64,000 nt of DNA from Clostridia bacterium (GTDB lineage Bacteria; Bacillota; Clostridia; Oscillospirales; Acutalibacteraceae). Position 1 is the stretch's first letter, and each line of letters opens with the position of its first letter. A model generated the notes under the pieces. It did no database searches. It was given only the letters and a program-made list of their open reading frames with translations, and was not told where the DNA came from. Below, one piece after another: positions 9,002 through 18,151 of the stretch. The stretch is taken from positions 23,211-87,210 of the forward strand of contig JAFZOL010000039.1 of the NCBI GenBank assembly GCA_017550625.1. Reading direction: 5' to 3'. Made by a program: the position numbers and the translations under genes.

Positions 9002-9876
9002 GCGTTCTCACCCGCTTTCGCCTCGGCCTCGGCCTCGCGTCTGAGCTCGGCGAGGTACCTTTCGCGCGCGACGCGCTTTTTTTCGGCGCGGTTGTAGAGG
9101 ATCTTTTCGTCGTGGGCGCGTTTGCGCGCGGCCTTGAAACGATTAAGGCGGCTTTGGTAGCCGCTGCGGACCGCTGCCGAATAGGCGGCGTAGACGTGAT
9201 AGTTTTCGAGCCGGTCTTCGGGCGTCACAAGCCGCTCGCCGCTGAAAAAGCCGAATTCGCGCCTTAAATGCGGCGTTACGAGGGCGTAGGTGCCGATGGG
9301 CGTGAGCACGTCGCGGGGCAGCTCGGATTTGAGGTCGTCGAGCGTGCGGCACACGGCGGTCTTTTTGAAATAATAGGCGTGCAGGTGGAAAACGGTGCGC
9401 CCGAGCCCCAAAACGCTGCCGAGCAGCAGGCCGCAGACGAAGGGCACGGGCACGCCCTCTTTGCGGTCGAACTCTTCAGGCCCGACGTAAGAGAGCACGC
9501 AGAGATCCCCCCGGTGCCAGAAGAGCTCCGCCTTGCCCGGGAAGCACGAAGCGACGGCGGCGAGGTCTTCGGGCGCAACGAAGCAGCGCGGCGACACGCG
9601 CGCCGAGAGGTTCATCTTGACCGCCACGCCGACGAAGAGCCACAAAAGCTTTTCGTCCGACACGGTGACCGCGATATGGCCGTGCCACGGCACGCGGGCG
9701 ATGGGCGTGACGCGCACGACGCCTTCATCCGGACGGAACTCAGCCCCGCCGGAGAGCGCCCCGATGAAGGCCGCGGCTTCACGCAGCTTTTTTTCTTTTC
9801 TGAGATCGTAGGGGATCTCGGTCGGTTCGCCAGACGCGAGCGCCGCGGCGAGCATATCCACAGCCGTGTTGAGCAT
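8998..9876 (-). CDS. hypothetical protein, translationally coupled to topB
   Basis: 292 aa. ATG with RBS GGGGAGGG, and its stop overlaps the topB start (ATGA). No motif recognised. Basic coiled C-terminus (KRAHDEKILYNRAEKKRVARERYLAELRREAEAEAKA). Confidence 0.65.
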   Translation of the reverse strand: MLNTAVDMLAAALASGEPTEIPYDLRKEKKLREAAAFIGALSGGAEFRPDEGVVRVTPIARVPWHGHIAVTVSDEKLLWLFVGVAVKMNLSARVSPRCFVAPEDLAAVASCFPGKAELFWHRGDLCVLSYVGPEEFDRKEGVPVPFVCGLLLGSVLGLGRTVFHLHAYYFKKTAVCRTLDDLKSELPRDVLTPIGTYALVTPHLRREFGFFSGERLVTPEDRLENYHVYAAYSAAVRSGYQSRLNRFKAARKRAHDEKILYNRAEKKRVARERYLAELRREAEAEAKAGENA

Positions 9877-10002
9877 GGGTCCCTCCCCGCGCCGGAAAAC
9901 GGCGCGTAAAAAAGCAGATTTCGATTTTTATTTTAATATAAAACGGCGCGTTCGTCAAGATGGAACAAATAACATAAGGAAGAAAAAGGAAGAAAGGAAG
10001 CC

Positions 10003-10031
10003 TTTACTTGACGCGCCGGGGATGGTAAAAT
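10003..10031 (+). promoter_or_regulatory. sigma-A-type promoter of the alpha-galactosidase gene
   Basis: TTTACT-17 nt-TAAAAT, followed by RBS AAAAGGAGG and ATG at 10052. Confidence 0.5.
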
Positions 10032-10051
10032 GAAGAAAAGGAGGCGGTTTC

Positions 10052-11737
10052 ATGAAGATCGGGAATACGCTTAAAAAGAAGGGGCTGTGCCCCGTGTGCA
10101 CCGCGAAACGGCTTATGCGCGGGGTGAAGCTCAACGACAGGGAAAACGCCCCCTGCCCCGCCGACGCGAGCCCCACGCCGCCGATGGGCTGGGCGAGCTG
10201 GAACCTGTTCGGGCGCAACGTGACGGAGGAAATCATCATAGAGACCGCCGACGCGATGAAGGCGCTGGGGCTTTCGGATTTCGGCTACAAGTATCTCAAC
10301 GTGGACGACTGCTGGATGAGCTCGATGCGCGACGGAAACGGCCGATTGCAGGGCGACCTGAACGCCTTTCCGTCCGGCATCGGGGCGCTCGTGAAGGCCG
10401 TGAACGAACGCGGGCTCAAAATGGGGCTCTATACGTCGAACGGGACCTTTACGTGCGAGGACCTGCCGTCGTCGCTCTATCACGAGCGCACGGACGCCGA
10501 GACCTTTGCCGAATGGGGGATCGAGTATTTCAAATACGACTTCTGCCACAACGTGCCGATCCCAACGCGCGCGCCGGAGCTCAGGGGCATTTGGGTCGGG
10601 CGCGCCGGCGAACCGGCGTTTCTCACGCGCGGCGTCGGCGACGCGGAGCTCAGAGGGAGCGCCGAGATTCTGACGGATTCGACGCTTTCGGGCGACAGGC
10701 GCTATATCTCGGGGCTCGACACCGGGAACGGACAGATCGCGTTTTACGGGATAAACGCACCTGAGGACGGCGACTACGTGCTGACGCTCCTATTGCGCAA
10801 GGCGGGGAATTACGAAAAGTACGGCGAGATCACGGTAAACGGCGAGAACACGGTCTCACTTCGTTTTCCGCCCACGCGCGGCAAGCCGCACGACGGCAGG
10901 CTGCAGACGGCCGTGACGCTCAAAAAGGGCAATAACAGCCTGCTGATCAGGAATCCGATCGGCTCGCGCATGGATTCCGCGGCGCGGCAGTACCGCGACA
11001 TGGGAAAGGAACTCCGGCGCGCCGCAGAGCTTCAGGCGGAAAAAGAGGGGCGGGACGTGAAGCCCATCTGCTTTTCGATCTGCGAGTGGGGCCTCAACCG
11101 CCCGTGGAAATGGGGCGCCTCCGCCGGGAATCTGTGGCGCACGACACCCGACATCCGCCCGACGTGGAGCAGCATCGTGGGCATCTACGAGTGGAACGTC
11201 CGGCTTTGGAAATACGCGGGCGTGGGGCATTATAACGACCCCGATATGCTCGAGGTGGGCAACGGCGACCTCACCGAAAACGAGAACCGCGCCCACTTTA
11301 CGCTGTGGTGCATGATGGCGAGCCCCCTGATCCTCGGCAACGACCTGAGGAAGCTATTGGACGGCGAGGGACGCGTGAAGGCCGATGACCCGGTTTACCG
11401 GATCATCACGAACCGCGACGTGATCGCCCTCGACCGGGATACGCTCTGCGCGCCGTGCAGACGGATCTCGAAGCCCGGGCTCGTTGACGTGCTCGTGAAG
11501 CCCCTTGCGGGCGGCGACGTCGCCGTCTGCGTGTTCAACAAGGGGAAAAAGCCCGCCAAGGGCGGCTTTTCGCTCAGCGAGATCGCCGCGCTCCCCTATT
11601 CCGGGCTGCCGAAAGCGGGGAGCTACCGGCTGACGGACCTTTGGGACAAGACGGCGTTCGTGAGCGACGGCGGCCGGATCGAACGCACGGTCCCCGGCAG
11701 GGACGTATTAGTGTTCCGCGTCAGCGCGGAAAAATAA
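10052..11737 (+). CDS. GH27 alpha-galactosidase with ~140-aa beta-sandwich (CBM-like) insertion in the catalytic domain
   Basis: PPMGWASWNLF, YLNVDDCWM, FKYDFC (nucleophile region), ICEWG, NDPDMLEVGNG. About 175 aa separate KYDFC from CEWG, versus about 35 aa in the paralog at 42388..43518. Confidence 0.88.
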   Translation: MKIGNTLKKKGLCPVCTAKRLMRGVKLNDRENAPCPADASPTPPMGWASWNLFGRNVTEEIIIETADAMKALGLSDFGYKYLNVDDCWMSSMRDGNGRLQGDLNAFPSGIGALVKAVNERGLKMGLYTSNGTFTCEDLPSSLYHERTDAETFAEWGIEYFKYDFCHNVPIPTRAPELRGIWVGRAGEPAFLTRGVGDAELRGSAEILTDSTLSGDRRYISGLDTGNGQIAFYGINAPEDGDYVLTLLLRKAGNYEKYGEITVNGENTVSLRFPPTRGKPHDGRLQTAVTLKKGNNSLLIRNPIGSRMDSAARQYRDMGKELRRAAELQAEKEGRDVKPICFSICEWGLNRPWKWGASAGNLWRTTPDIRPTWSSIVGIYEWNVRLWKYAGVGHYNDPDMLEVGNGDLTENENRAHFTLWCMMASPLILGNDLRKLLDGEGRVKADDPVYRIITNRDVIALDRDTLCAPCRRISKPGLVDVLVKPLAGGDVAVCVFNKGKKPAKGGFSLSEIAALPYSGLPKAGSYRLTDLWDKTAFVSDGGRIERTVPGRDVLVFRVSAEK

Positions 11738-11750
11738 AAAAGACGCAAAA

Positions 11751-11785
11751 AAACGCCCGTGGATTCCACGGGCGTTTCGTTTGTT
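11751..11785. terminator. bidirectional intrinsic terminator
   Basis: AAACGCCCGTGG-ATT-CCACGGGCGTTT, flanked by an A-run and T-rich tail, between convergent genes. Confidence 0.75.
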
Positions 11786-11791
11786 CGGAGA

Positions 11792-14110
11792 TTATTCCGC
11801 GGCGGGCGCTTCGGCGACAGCTTCGACGGCCTCTTCGACCTTCTCGGCAGCCTCTTCGGCGACGGCTTCGACGGCCTCTTCGACGGCGGCGGGCGCTTCC
11901 TCAACGGCAGCTTCCACAGCCTCGGCAGCCTTTTCGACAGCGGCGGGCGCCTCTTCGACGGCGGCGGGCGCCTCTTCGACGGCGGCAACGGCCTCTTCGA
12001 CGGCGGCGGGCGCCTCTTCGACGGTCTCTTCAGCCTTCGCTTCGGCGGCCTTGGCCTTCGCGATCATTTCGTCGATCGAAAGGACGGCGGGACCTTCTTC
12101 CACGCGGGGACGCTCTTCTCTGGGCTTTCTCTCGGGCGGGGGAAGAAGGGCCTTGATGGAGAGGGAGATCCTCTTCTTCTCAAAGTCGATATCGGTGATC
12201 TTGACCTTCACCTCGTCGCCGATGGACAGCACGTCCTGCGGCTTCTCGATGCGCTCGTTGGCGATCTGGGAGATGTGGATCAGGCCTTCCATTCTCGGGA
12301 AGATCTCGGCGAACGCGCCGAAGGTGGTCATGCGCACGATGCGCACGGTGATCTCGCTGCCGACGGGATAGTCGCGGCGCAGGATCTCCCACGGGTTATC
12401 CTCGATCTTCTTGTAGCCGAGAGAGATCTTCTTCTTCTCGGTGTCGAGACCCTTGATGTAGACCTCAACGGTGTCGCCCACGTTCACGACCTCGCTCGGA
12501 TGCTTGATGCGCTTCCAGGAGAGCTCGGTGCGGTGGATCATGCCGTCAACACCGGGGGCGAGCTCGACGAACGCGCCGTAATCGGTGAGGGACTTGACGG
12601 TGCCGGTATACTTCTGGCCTTCGGCGGCCTCGGCCCAGAACTTTTCTTTGGCTTCTTTGCGCGCGGAGCGGGCTGCGTCACGGATGGAGCCCACGGCCCT
12701 GCGGCGGCGCTTGTCGATGTCGATGACGGTGAACTTGACCTCTTTGTTGAGCATGTCTTCAAGTCTGCCGTCTCTCGGCACGGTGGAAAGCGAAGCGGGC
12801 ACGAAAATGCGGATGCCGTTGGAGAAGACGATGAGACCCTTGCTGATCACCTCAACAACAGTTCCCTCAAGAATCGTCCCTTCCTTGTTCGCTTCAACAA
12901 TACCGTCCCAATACTTCACCGCGTCGTAACGCTTTTTGGAGAGCATGACCGTACCTTCGACGTCGTTGGTCTTCATGATGATGAGATTGAGCTCATCGCC
13001 GACCTTCAGCTCTTTCATGGGATCCGCCGTGGGATCGTCGGAATACTCGTCAAGCGGTACGTAACCGGTCTGCTTTCTGCCGATGTCAACCTGGATCTCG
13101 TTCGGTGCGATATGCATAACGGTACCAACGACTTTCTGATCGTTGTTCATGCTGCTGAGGGATTCCTCAAGAGCCTGCTCGAAGGACAGTTCTTCGGGTT
13201 CTGCAGCGACCTCGACCGGTTCCATGGTCTCGGCGGCTTCTGAGATGTTTTCAAGAATCTCGGACATTGTTTTGTTTACCTCCTTAATTGTACTATCCGG
13301 AGTGGACGCTCCGGCAGTAACTCCGATCGAACGGACGCCAGTAAAATCAATATTTTTTAGTTCTTCGGCGTTCTCGATAAGATACGTTTTCGTCTTCATA
13401 AGGCACAGGTGATACAGCTTTTGGGTGTTGGAGCTGTTGCGCCCGCCGATGACGATCATCATATCATTCTCTCCCGAGAGCTTTTCTGCCTCGGCTTGTC
13501 TGAGAGCGGTAGCGTTACATATTGTATCAAATAATTTCAGGTTTGTACAGTATTTTTTCGCAATTTTTTCGCATTTTTTAAATTCTTTTGCGTCGAAAGT
13601 CGTCTGGCTGACCATCGTGACGGGGGCATTGGACGGCAGGGCGCCGCTTTCGAGCAGGGTTTGGAGCTCTTCGGCCGACGCGACGACAAAATCGCGCGTG
13701 GAAACATAGCTCCGGATGCCCCGCACCTCGGGGTGGGAAGCGTCGCCCGCGATGAGGATGAGGTCGCCCGCGTCCGACGCTTTTTTCACGATCGCGTGGA
13801 TCTTTTTGACGAAGGGGCAGGTGACGTCGGCAAAGGCGATCCCGCTTTGTTCGATCTCGTCGCTCTCATCCCGCGTGACGCCGTGGGTGCGGATGAACAG
13901 GGTGCGCCCGGCGGGGCAGTCGGCGGGCGAAGACACGACCGAAACGCCCCGGTCCTCAAGCGAGCGGATAAAACCGGGGTTATGGATGAGCGGCCCGAGC
14001 GTGCAGGCCGCTTTGCCCGCGGCGAGGTGCGCCCCGAGCAGATTGACCGCGCGGTCCACGCCGAAGCAGAAGCCGGCGGTGGACGCGAGGGTGACGCGGA
14101 CCTCAGGCAT
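11792..14110 (-). CDS. ispH: bifunctional 4-hydroxy-3-methylbut-2-enyl diphosphate reductase (IspH/LytB) / ribosomal protein S1-like fusion
   Basis: N-terminal half is LytB-like ([35 protein letters not shown]). The C-terminal half has four S1 domains ([59 protein letters not shown]). ATG at 14110 with GGAGAAG upstream; the track start at 14143 is a TTG. Confidence 0.9.
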   Translation of the reverse strand: MPEVRVTLASTAGFCFGVDRAVNLLGAHLAAGKAACTLGPLIHNPGFIRSLEDRGVSVVSSPADCPAGRTLFIRTHGVTRDESDEIEQSGIAFADVTCPFVKKIHAIVKKASDAGDLILIAGDASHPEVRGIRSYVSTRDFVVASAEELQTLLESGALPSNAPVTMVSQTTFDAKEFKKCEKIAKKYCTNLKLFDTICNATALRQAEAEKLSGENDMMIVIGGRNSSNTQKLYHLCLMKTKTYLIENAEELKNIDFTGVRSIGVTAGASTPDSTIKEVNKTMSEILENISEAAETMEPVEVAAEPEELSFEQALEESLSSMNNDQKVVGTVMHIAPNEIQVDIGRKQTGYVPLDEYSDDPTADPMKELKVGDELNLIIMKTNDVEGTVMLSKKRYDAVKYWDGIVEANKEGTILEGTVVEVISKGLIVFSNGIRIFVPASLSTVPRDGRLEDMLNKEVKFTVIDIDKRRRRAVGSIRDAARSARKEAKEKFWAEAAEGQKYTGTVKSLTDYGAFVELAPGVDGMIHRTELSWKRIKHPSEVVNVGDTVEVYIKGLDTEKKKISLGYKKIEDNPWEILRRDYPVGSEITVRIVRMTTFGAFAEIFPRMEGLIHISQIANERIEKPQDVLSIGDEVKVKITDIDFEKKRISLSIKALLPPPERKPREERPRVEEGPAVLSIDEMIAKAKAAEAKAEETVEEAPAAVEEAVAAVEEAPAAVEEAPAAVEKAAEAVEAAVEEAPAAVEEAVEAVAEEAAEKVEEAVEAVAEAPAAE
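11795..12061 (-). repeat. in-frame tandem low-complexity repeat encoding the [13 protein letters not shown] tail of IspH-S1
   Basis: Visible ~21-24-nt periodicity (cgcctcttcgacggcggcgggcg repeated). Translates to ...[48 protein letters not shown]... Confidence 0.85.
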
Positions 14111-14828
14111 CGGTATCTTCTCCGTAGGCTTCGTTCTCTTCAAGGATCTCGGCGGCTCTGAGCTTTGCCATCGCCTCGTGTGCGAGGGCGACGACGCGGG
14201 CGACCACCTCGTCGAACGGCACGCCGGTGGTGTCGACGATCACGGCGTCGTCGGCGGGCCTCAGGGGCGCGATCTCGCGGTGGGAATCCTGATAGTCCCG
14301 CTGGATGATCTCCTGCAGGAGGGTATCGAAATCCACGGGGGTGCCGCGCTGCTCGAGCTCTAAAAAGCGGCGGCGGGCGCGCTCTTCGGCCGAGGCGGTG
14401 AGAAAGATCTTGAGCCCGGCGTCGGGCAGCACCACAGTGCCGATGTCGCGGCCGTCCATGATGCAGTCGTTCTCTTTCGCGAGGGTGCGCTGCAGGTCGA
14501 ACAAAAAGGCGCGCACGGCGGGCACGGCGGACACGTCGGACGCTGCCATGCTGGCCTCGGGCAGGCGGATGGCCTTCGAAACGTCCTCGCCGTCGAGATA
14601 GACGTGCTGCTCGCCCTCGACGAAGCCGAGGGTGATGGTGATCTCGGGCAAAATGGCGGCGACGCCCTCACGGTCTTTCGTGTCGAGCCCGCGGCGGAGC
14701 GCCGCGACGCCGACCGCGCGGTAGAGCGCGCCGGTATCGACGTAAATGACGCCGAGCTCGGCCGCGGCCGCGCGCGAAACGGTGCTTTTGCCGGCGCCGG
14801 AGGGGCCGTCGATCGCAATATCAAGCAT
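14103..14828 (-). CDS. cmk: cytidylate kinase
   Basis: MLDIAIDGPSGAGKSTVSRAAAAELGVIYVDTGALYRAV. RBS AAAGGAG. The 3' end overlaps the ispH start by 8 nt. Confidence 0.93.
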   Translation of the reverse strand: MLDIAIDGPSGAGKSTVSRAAAAELGVIYVDTGALYRAVGVAALRRGLDTKDREGVAAILPEITITLGFVEGEQHVYLDGEDVSKAIRLPEASMAASDVSAVPAVRAFLFDLQRTLAKENDCIMDGRDIGTVVLPDAGLKIFLTASAEERARRRFLELEQRGTPVDFDTLLQEIIQRDYQDSHREIAPLRPADDAVIVDTTGVPFDEVVARVVALAHEAMAKLRAAEILEENEAYGEDTDA

Positions 14829-14861
14829 AATAAAACTCCTTTCGGAAATCAGATACGGTTT

Positions 14862-16106
14862 TTATTCGTCCGCGGCGGCGAGCCCGGCGGCGCGCCCCGT
14901 GGCAAAGGCGATCTGCAGGTTGAAGCCGCCGGTGTAGGCGTCCACGTCGAGGACCTCGCCCGCGAAATACAGGCCGCGCACCAGTTTGCTCTGCATGGTT
15001 TTCGGGTCCACCTCGCGCACGCTCACGCCGCCCGCGGTGACGACGCCCTCTTCGACCGGGCGGGTGCCGGAGATCGGGCTTTCGAGGTGCTTCAACAGAT
15101 ACCCGAGGTCGAGGCGCTGCTCGCGCGTGATCTTGTTGACCTGCACCGCGGGATCGACACCGGACAGGGTGACGATGACCGGCACGAGGGACGCGGGCAG
15201 AAGGGCGCGCAGGAGGTTCGGCAGCGTTTTGTTGGGCGCGGCGGCGAACTCGCGCAGCAAACGCGCGTCGAGCTTTTTCTCGTCGAGGGCGGGCTTTAAG
15301 TCGATCGAGAGGATATACTTTTTTTCGTTCATATCCCGCACGTGGGCGGAGGCGGAGAGGATCACGGGGCCGGACACGCCGAAATGCGTGAACAGAAGCT
15401 CGCCGAAGTCGGAATAGACCTCGCGGCGGGTGTTTGCGTCGGTGACCGTGATCGCGATATTTTTGAGGCTGAGGCCCTGCGCCTTGCGCCAGAGCGTTTC
15501 GGTGAGCTCGAGCGGGACGAGGGAGGGGTGCGGCGGCACGACGGCGTGGCCCGCGTCCGCCGCGAAGCGGTAGCCGTCGCCGGTGGAGCCGGTGAGCGGG
15601 TAGCTGACGCCCCCGGTGGCGACGATGACGGCGTCGGCGGCATAAAACGTGCCGTCGGCGGTCGTGACGCCCGTGACGGCGCCGTTTTCGGTCGCGATCG
15701 ATTGCACCTCGGCGCCGAAGACGCAGGTAACGCCGGTCTTTTTGAGATAGCGGGCCATGGCGTCCACGATATCGGACGCATTGTCGGACACCGGGAACAC
15801 GCGGTTGCCGCGCTCGATCTTGAGCGGCACGCCGAGGTTCTCGAAGAAATCGATCGTGTCGGCGGGCATGAAGCGCGAGAACGCGCCGTAGAGAAAGCGC
15901 GCGTTGCCGGGCACGTTGTCGAGCAGCTCGTTGAGGCTCGACAGGGCGTTCGTGACGTTGCAGCGCCCCTTGCCCGTGATCATGAGCTTGCGCCCGACCT
16001 TTTGATTCTTTTCAAGCAGCGTGACGGCGCATCCCTTCGCGGCGGCCGCGCCCGCGGCCATCATGCCTGCGGGGCCCGCGCCGATCACGACGACCCTGTT
16101 TGCCAT
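14862..16106 (-). CDS. NAD(P)/FAD-dependent oxidoreductase, HI0933/BaiN-like flavoprotein
   Basis: [25 protein letters not shown] dinucleotide-binding motif; KGRCNVTN; C-terminal [24 protein letters not shown] at 16106 is 8 nt after GGAGAG. Confidence 0.85.
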   Translation of the reverse strand: MANRVVVIGAGPAGMMAAGAAAAKGCAVTLLEKNQKVGRKLMITGKGRCNVTNALSSLNELLDNVPGNARFLYGAFSRFMPADTIDFFENLGVPLKIERGNRVFPVSDNASDIVDAMARYLKKTGVTCVFGAEVQSIATENGAVTGVTTADGTFYAADAVIVATGGVSYPLTGSTGDGYRFAADAGHAVVPPHPSLVPLELTETLWRKAQGLSLKNIAITVTDANTRREVYSDFGELLFTHFGVSGPVILSASAHVRDMNEKKYILSIDLKPALDEKKLDARLLREFAAAPNKTLPNLLRALLPASLVPVIVTLSGVDPAVQVNKITREQRLDLGYLLKHLESPISGTRPVEEGVVTAGGVSVREVDPKTMQSKLVRGLYFAGEVLDVDAYTGGFNLQIAFATGRAAGLAAADE

Positions 16107-16242
16107 AGGCATCTCTCCTGACGGAAAAGATTGTAGCATATCGGTTCGCCTTTTACAAGAGGAAAAGAAAAATTGCCGCCGGACGACTAAACCGGCGAAA
16201 GCGGCAAATACTATCGGCAGAACGACCGAGGAGGGATCTGAG

Positions 16243-16584
16243 ATGACCGTGAGACGCGGCGACATCTATTTCGCGGACCTGAGCCCCGTGGTGGGCAGCG
16301 AGCAGGGCGGCGTGCGGCCCGTACTTATCATCCAGAACGACATGGGCAACCGCTACTCCCCCACCGTGATCGCGGCGGCGATCACGAGCAAGACGGACAA
16401 GGCCGACCTGCCGACGCATATCAGGGTAAGCTCCCTGTCGTCGGGGCTGACGCAGGATTCGGTGGTGCTGTTGGAGCAGATCCGCACCATCGACAAGCGC
16501 AGGCTCCGCGAGCACATGGGCGCGCTTTCGAAGACGGACATGCAGCGCGTGAACGACGCGATCGAAGTCAGCTTCGGGCTGTGA
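16243..16584 (+). CDS. mazF: MazF/PemK-family type II toxin endoribonuclease
   Basis: [33 protein letters not shown]...[11 protein letters not shown]...THI...[20 protein letters not shown] with RBS GAGGAGGG. The track start at 16021 is an over-extension. Confidence 0.9.
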   Translation: MTVRRGDIYFADLSPVVGSEQGGVRPVLIIQNDMGNRYSPTVIAAAITSKTDKADLPTHIRVSSLSSGLTQDSVVLLEQIRTIDKRRLREHMGALSKTDMQRVNDAIEVSFGL

Positions 16585-16588
16585 AAAA

Positions 16589-16621
16589 CCGGCAGCCACG
16601 AGATGTGGCTGCCGGTGTGTT
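16589..16621. terminator. intrinsic terminator after mazF (bidirectional context)
   Basis: CCGGCAGCCAC-GAGAT-GTGGCTGCCGG then TGTGTT, with an A5 run upstream. Confidence 0.75.
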
Positions 16622-16640
16622 ATATTTGACAGATCGGCGG

Positions 16641-17996
16641 TCAGTCGATGACCGTGACGGTCACGTTCGTGCGGTACGCTGCCGCCTCGAAATCCGCCTC
16701 GTAATCGGACGAGATCTCATATTTGCCGTCGCGGCAGTCGGCGAGGAACGCCTCGTACTGCGCGCGGGTGAAGGTGTTCATGCGCCAGACCTTCGTCGGC
16801 AGGCAGACGCCGCCCTCTTCAACGCCGACGACCATGCCGCTCTCCGCGTAGTCGGCGGCCTTGCCCTCATAGCAGAGCTTGAGGGCGCTCTGGACCGCGC
16901 CGCAGAAATCCTTGCAGGCAGCAGTCATGAAACACTCGTAGTTATTCACGAAATCGGCGGAGTCGCAGCCGATCACGAGCTTATCCGCCGCTTCGGCCGC
17001 CGCGCGGATGGACTCCACGATGCCGCCGCCGCAGCTCATGATCGCCTCGGTGCCGCCCGCATACAATTCGCCGGCGAGCGCCTCGATCTCGGGGGATGCG
17101 CTGAAAAAGGCGTATTTCGTGGTGTATTTGAGTTCAACGGTGACGCCGAGCTCCTTCGCCGCGGCGTTGATGCCCTGCAGGTAGCCGAAGCCGTAGCGGT
17201 TGACGCCCGGGGACATTCCGCCGCCGCCGCCGTAAAAGCCGAGCTTCGTGAGGCCTTCTTTCACGGCTGCGTAGCCCGCGAGGAAGCCCGCGTGGTCCTC
17301 TTTGAAGGTCACGGGCAGCACGTTTTCGATCAGCGAGCCGTCACCGTCCGCGAGGGTGTAGCCGTCCATGAAGATGAACTGCACGTCCGGGTGCGCGGGG
17401 GCGACCTCGTTCAGGGCGACGTCGAACATAAAGCCCGCGACGACCACGATCTTCGCGCCGTTTTCGATTGCGGCGTTCAGCGCGGCGATATAGTCCGCGT
17501 CGTAAGCCTCCTCCGCGTTCTGCGGGATATAGTATTTGTAGGTTTTTCCGTTTTCGGAAGAAAAGCGCTTGACGCCGTTCCACGCGTCTTCGTTGAAGCC
17601 GTGATCCTTCACCTCAGCGGAATCGGAGACGTAGGCGATCTCGTAGACGCCGGTTTCGGACGCCGGTTCGTCGGGAATGGCGTCGTAGTCGAACCCTTCG
17701 TCGTAGGGCTCGGGTTCTTCCTCGGCAGGGGGCAGCTCCTCGAGGCCCACGGCGGCCCTGAGGATCAGGCGCGCGTCGGAGGCGGTGATCTTGTCGTCGC
17801 GGTCCGCGTCGGCAAGCTTTGTCTGCTCCGCGGTGAGCGTTTCAAGGTCCACGGCGGCGCGAAGCGCAAGGCGCGCGTCGGAGGCGGTCACCTTGCCGTC
17901 GCCGTCGATATCGCCGGCAAGCGCCGCCAGAGCGGCGGACGTGAGACTCAGGCACATGAGCGCCGCCAAAAGCAGCGCAAAGATCCGTTTTTTCAT
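16641..17996 (-). CDS. secreted BMP-family (PnrA/Med-like) substrate-binding protein with N-terminal dockerin
   Basis: Signal peptide MKKRIFALLLAALMCLSLTSAALA. Dockerin pair DIDGDGKVTASDARLALRAAV / DADRDDKITASDARLILRAAV. BMP-like core (DHGFNEDAWNGV, KIVVVAGFMF, FKEDHAGFLAGYAA, GGGGGMSPGVNRYGFGYLQG). Confidence 0.8.
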   Translation of the reverse strand: MKKRIFALLLAALMCLSLTSAALAALAGDIDGDGKVTASDARLALRAAVDLETLTAEQTKLADADRDDKITASDARLILRAAVGLEELPPAEEEPEPYDEGFDYDAIPDEPASETGVYEIAYVSDSAEVKDHGFNEDAWNGVKRFSSENGKTYKYYIPQNAEEAYDADYIAALNAAIENGAKIVVVAGFMFDVALNEVAPAHPDVQFIFMDGYTLADGDGSLIENVLPVTFKEDHAGFLAGYAAVKEGLTKLGFYGGGGGMSPGVNRYGFGYLQGINAAAKELGVTVELKYTTKYAFFSASPEIEALAGELYAGGTEAIMSCGGGIVESIRAAAEAADKLVIGCDSADFVNNYECFMTAACKDFCGAVQSALKLCYEGKAADYAESGMVVGVEEGGVCLPTKVWRMNTFTRAQYEAFLADCRDGKYEISSDYEADFEAAAYRTNVTVTVID

Positions 17997-18079
17997 AATA
18001 CGTTCCTCCCGTTTTTTGTTGGTTTCAGTGTAGCACGAAATGCGCAGGCTGTCAAGCGGCGGGGCGGGCGAAAAAAGTC

Positions 18080-18108
18080 TTTACTTTTCCCTTTCGGCAT
18101 TGTATAAT
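18080..18108 (+). promoter_or_regulatory. sigma-A-type promoter of the rubrerythrin gene
   Basis: TTTACT-17 nt-TATAAT. Confidence 0.55.
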
Positions 18109-18151
18109 GAAAAAGATGAGAATCATCAATTTTCGAAGGGAGACATACGTT

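Noticed and set aside
11759-13243. Several long alternative-frame ORFs with Pro/Arg-rich or Gly/Phe/Asp-rich repeats, and a CRISPR-like periodicity near 11800-12060
   Set aside because: The periodic ~21-24-nt repeats have no unique spacers and lie in frame within the IspH-S1 gene tail. The other frames are by-products of the coding repeat, so this is not a CRISPR array.
16107-16242. MazE-type antitoxin ORF upstream of mazF
   Set aside because: The spacer contains no start codon opening a usable ORF. The track ORF 16021..16584 merely extends the mazF frame backwards across the divergent flavoprotein gene start.
18109-18151. Possible PerR/Fur operator (TGAGAATCATCAATT) in the rubrerythrin leader
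   Set aside because: Only the left half-site approximates the TGATAAT consensus. The right half matches poorly, so this is not enough for a call.
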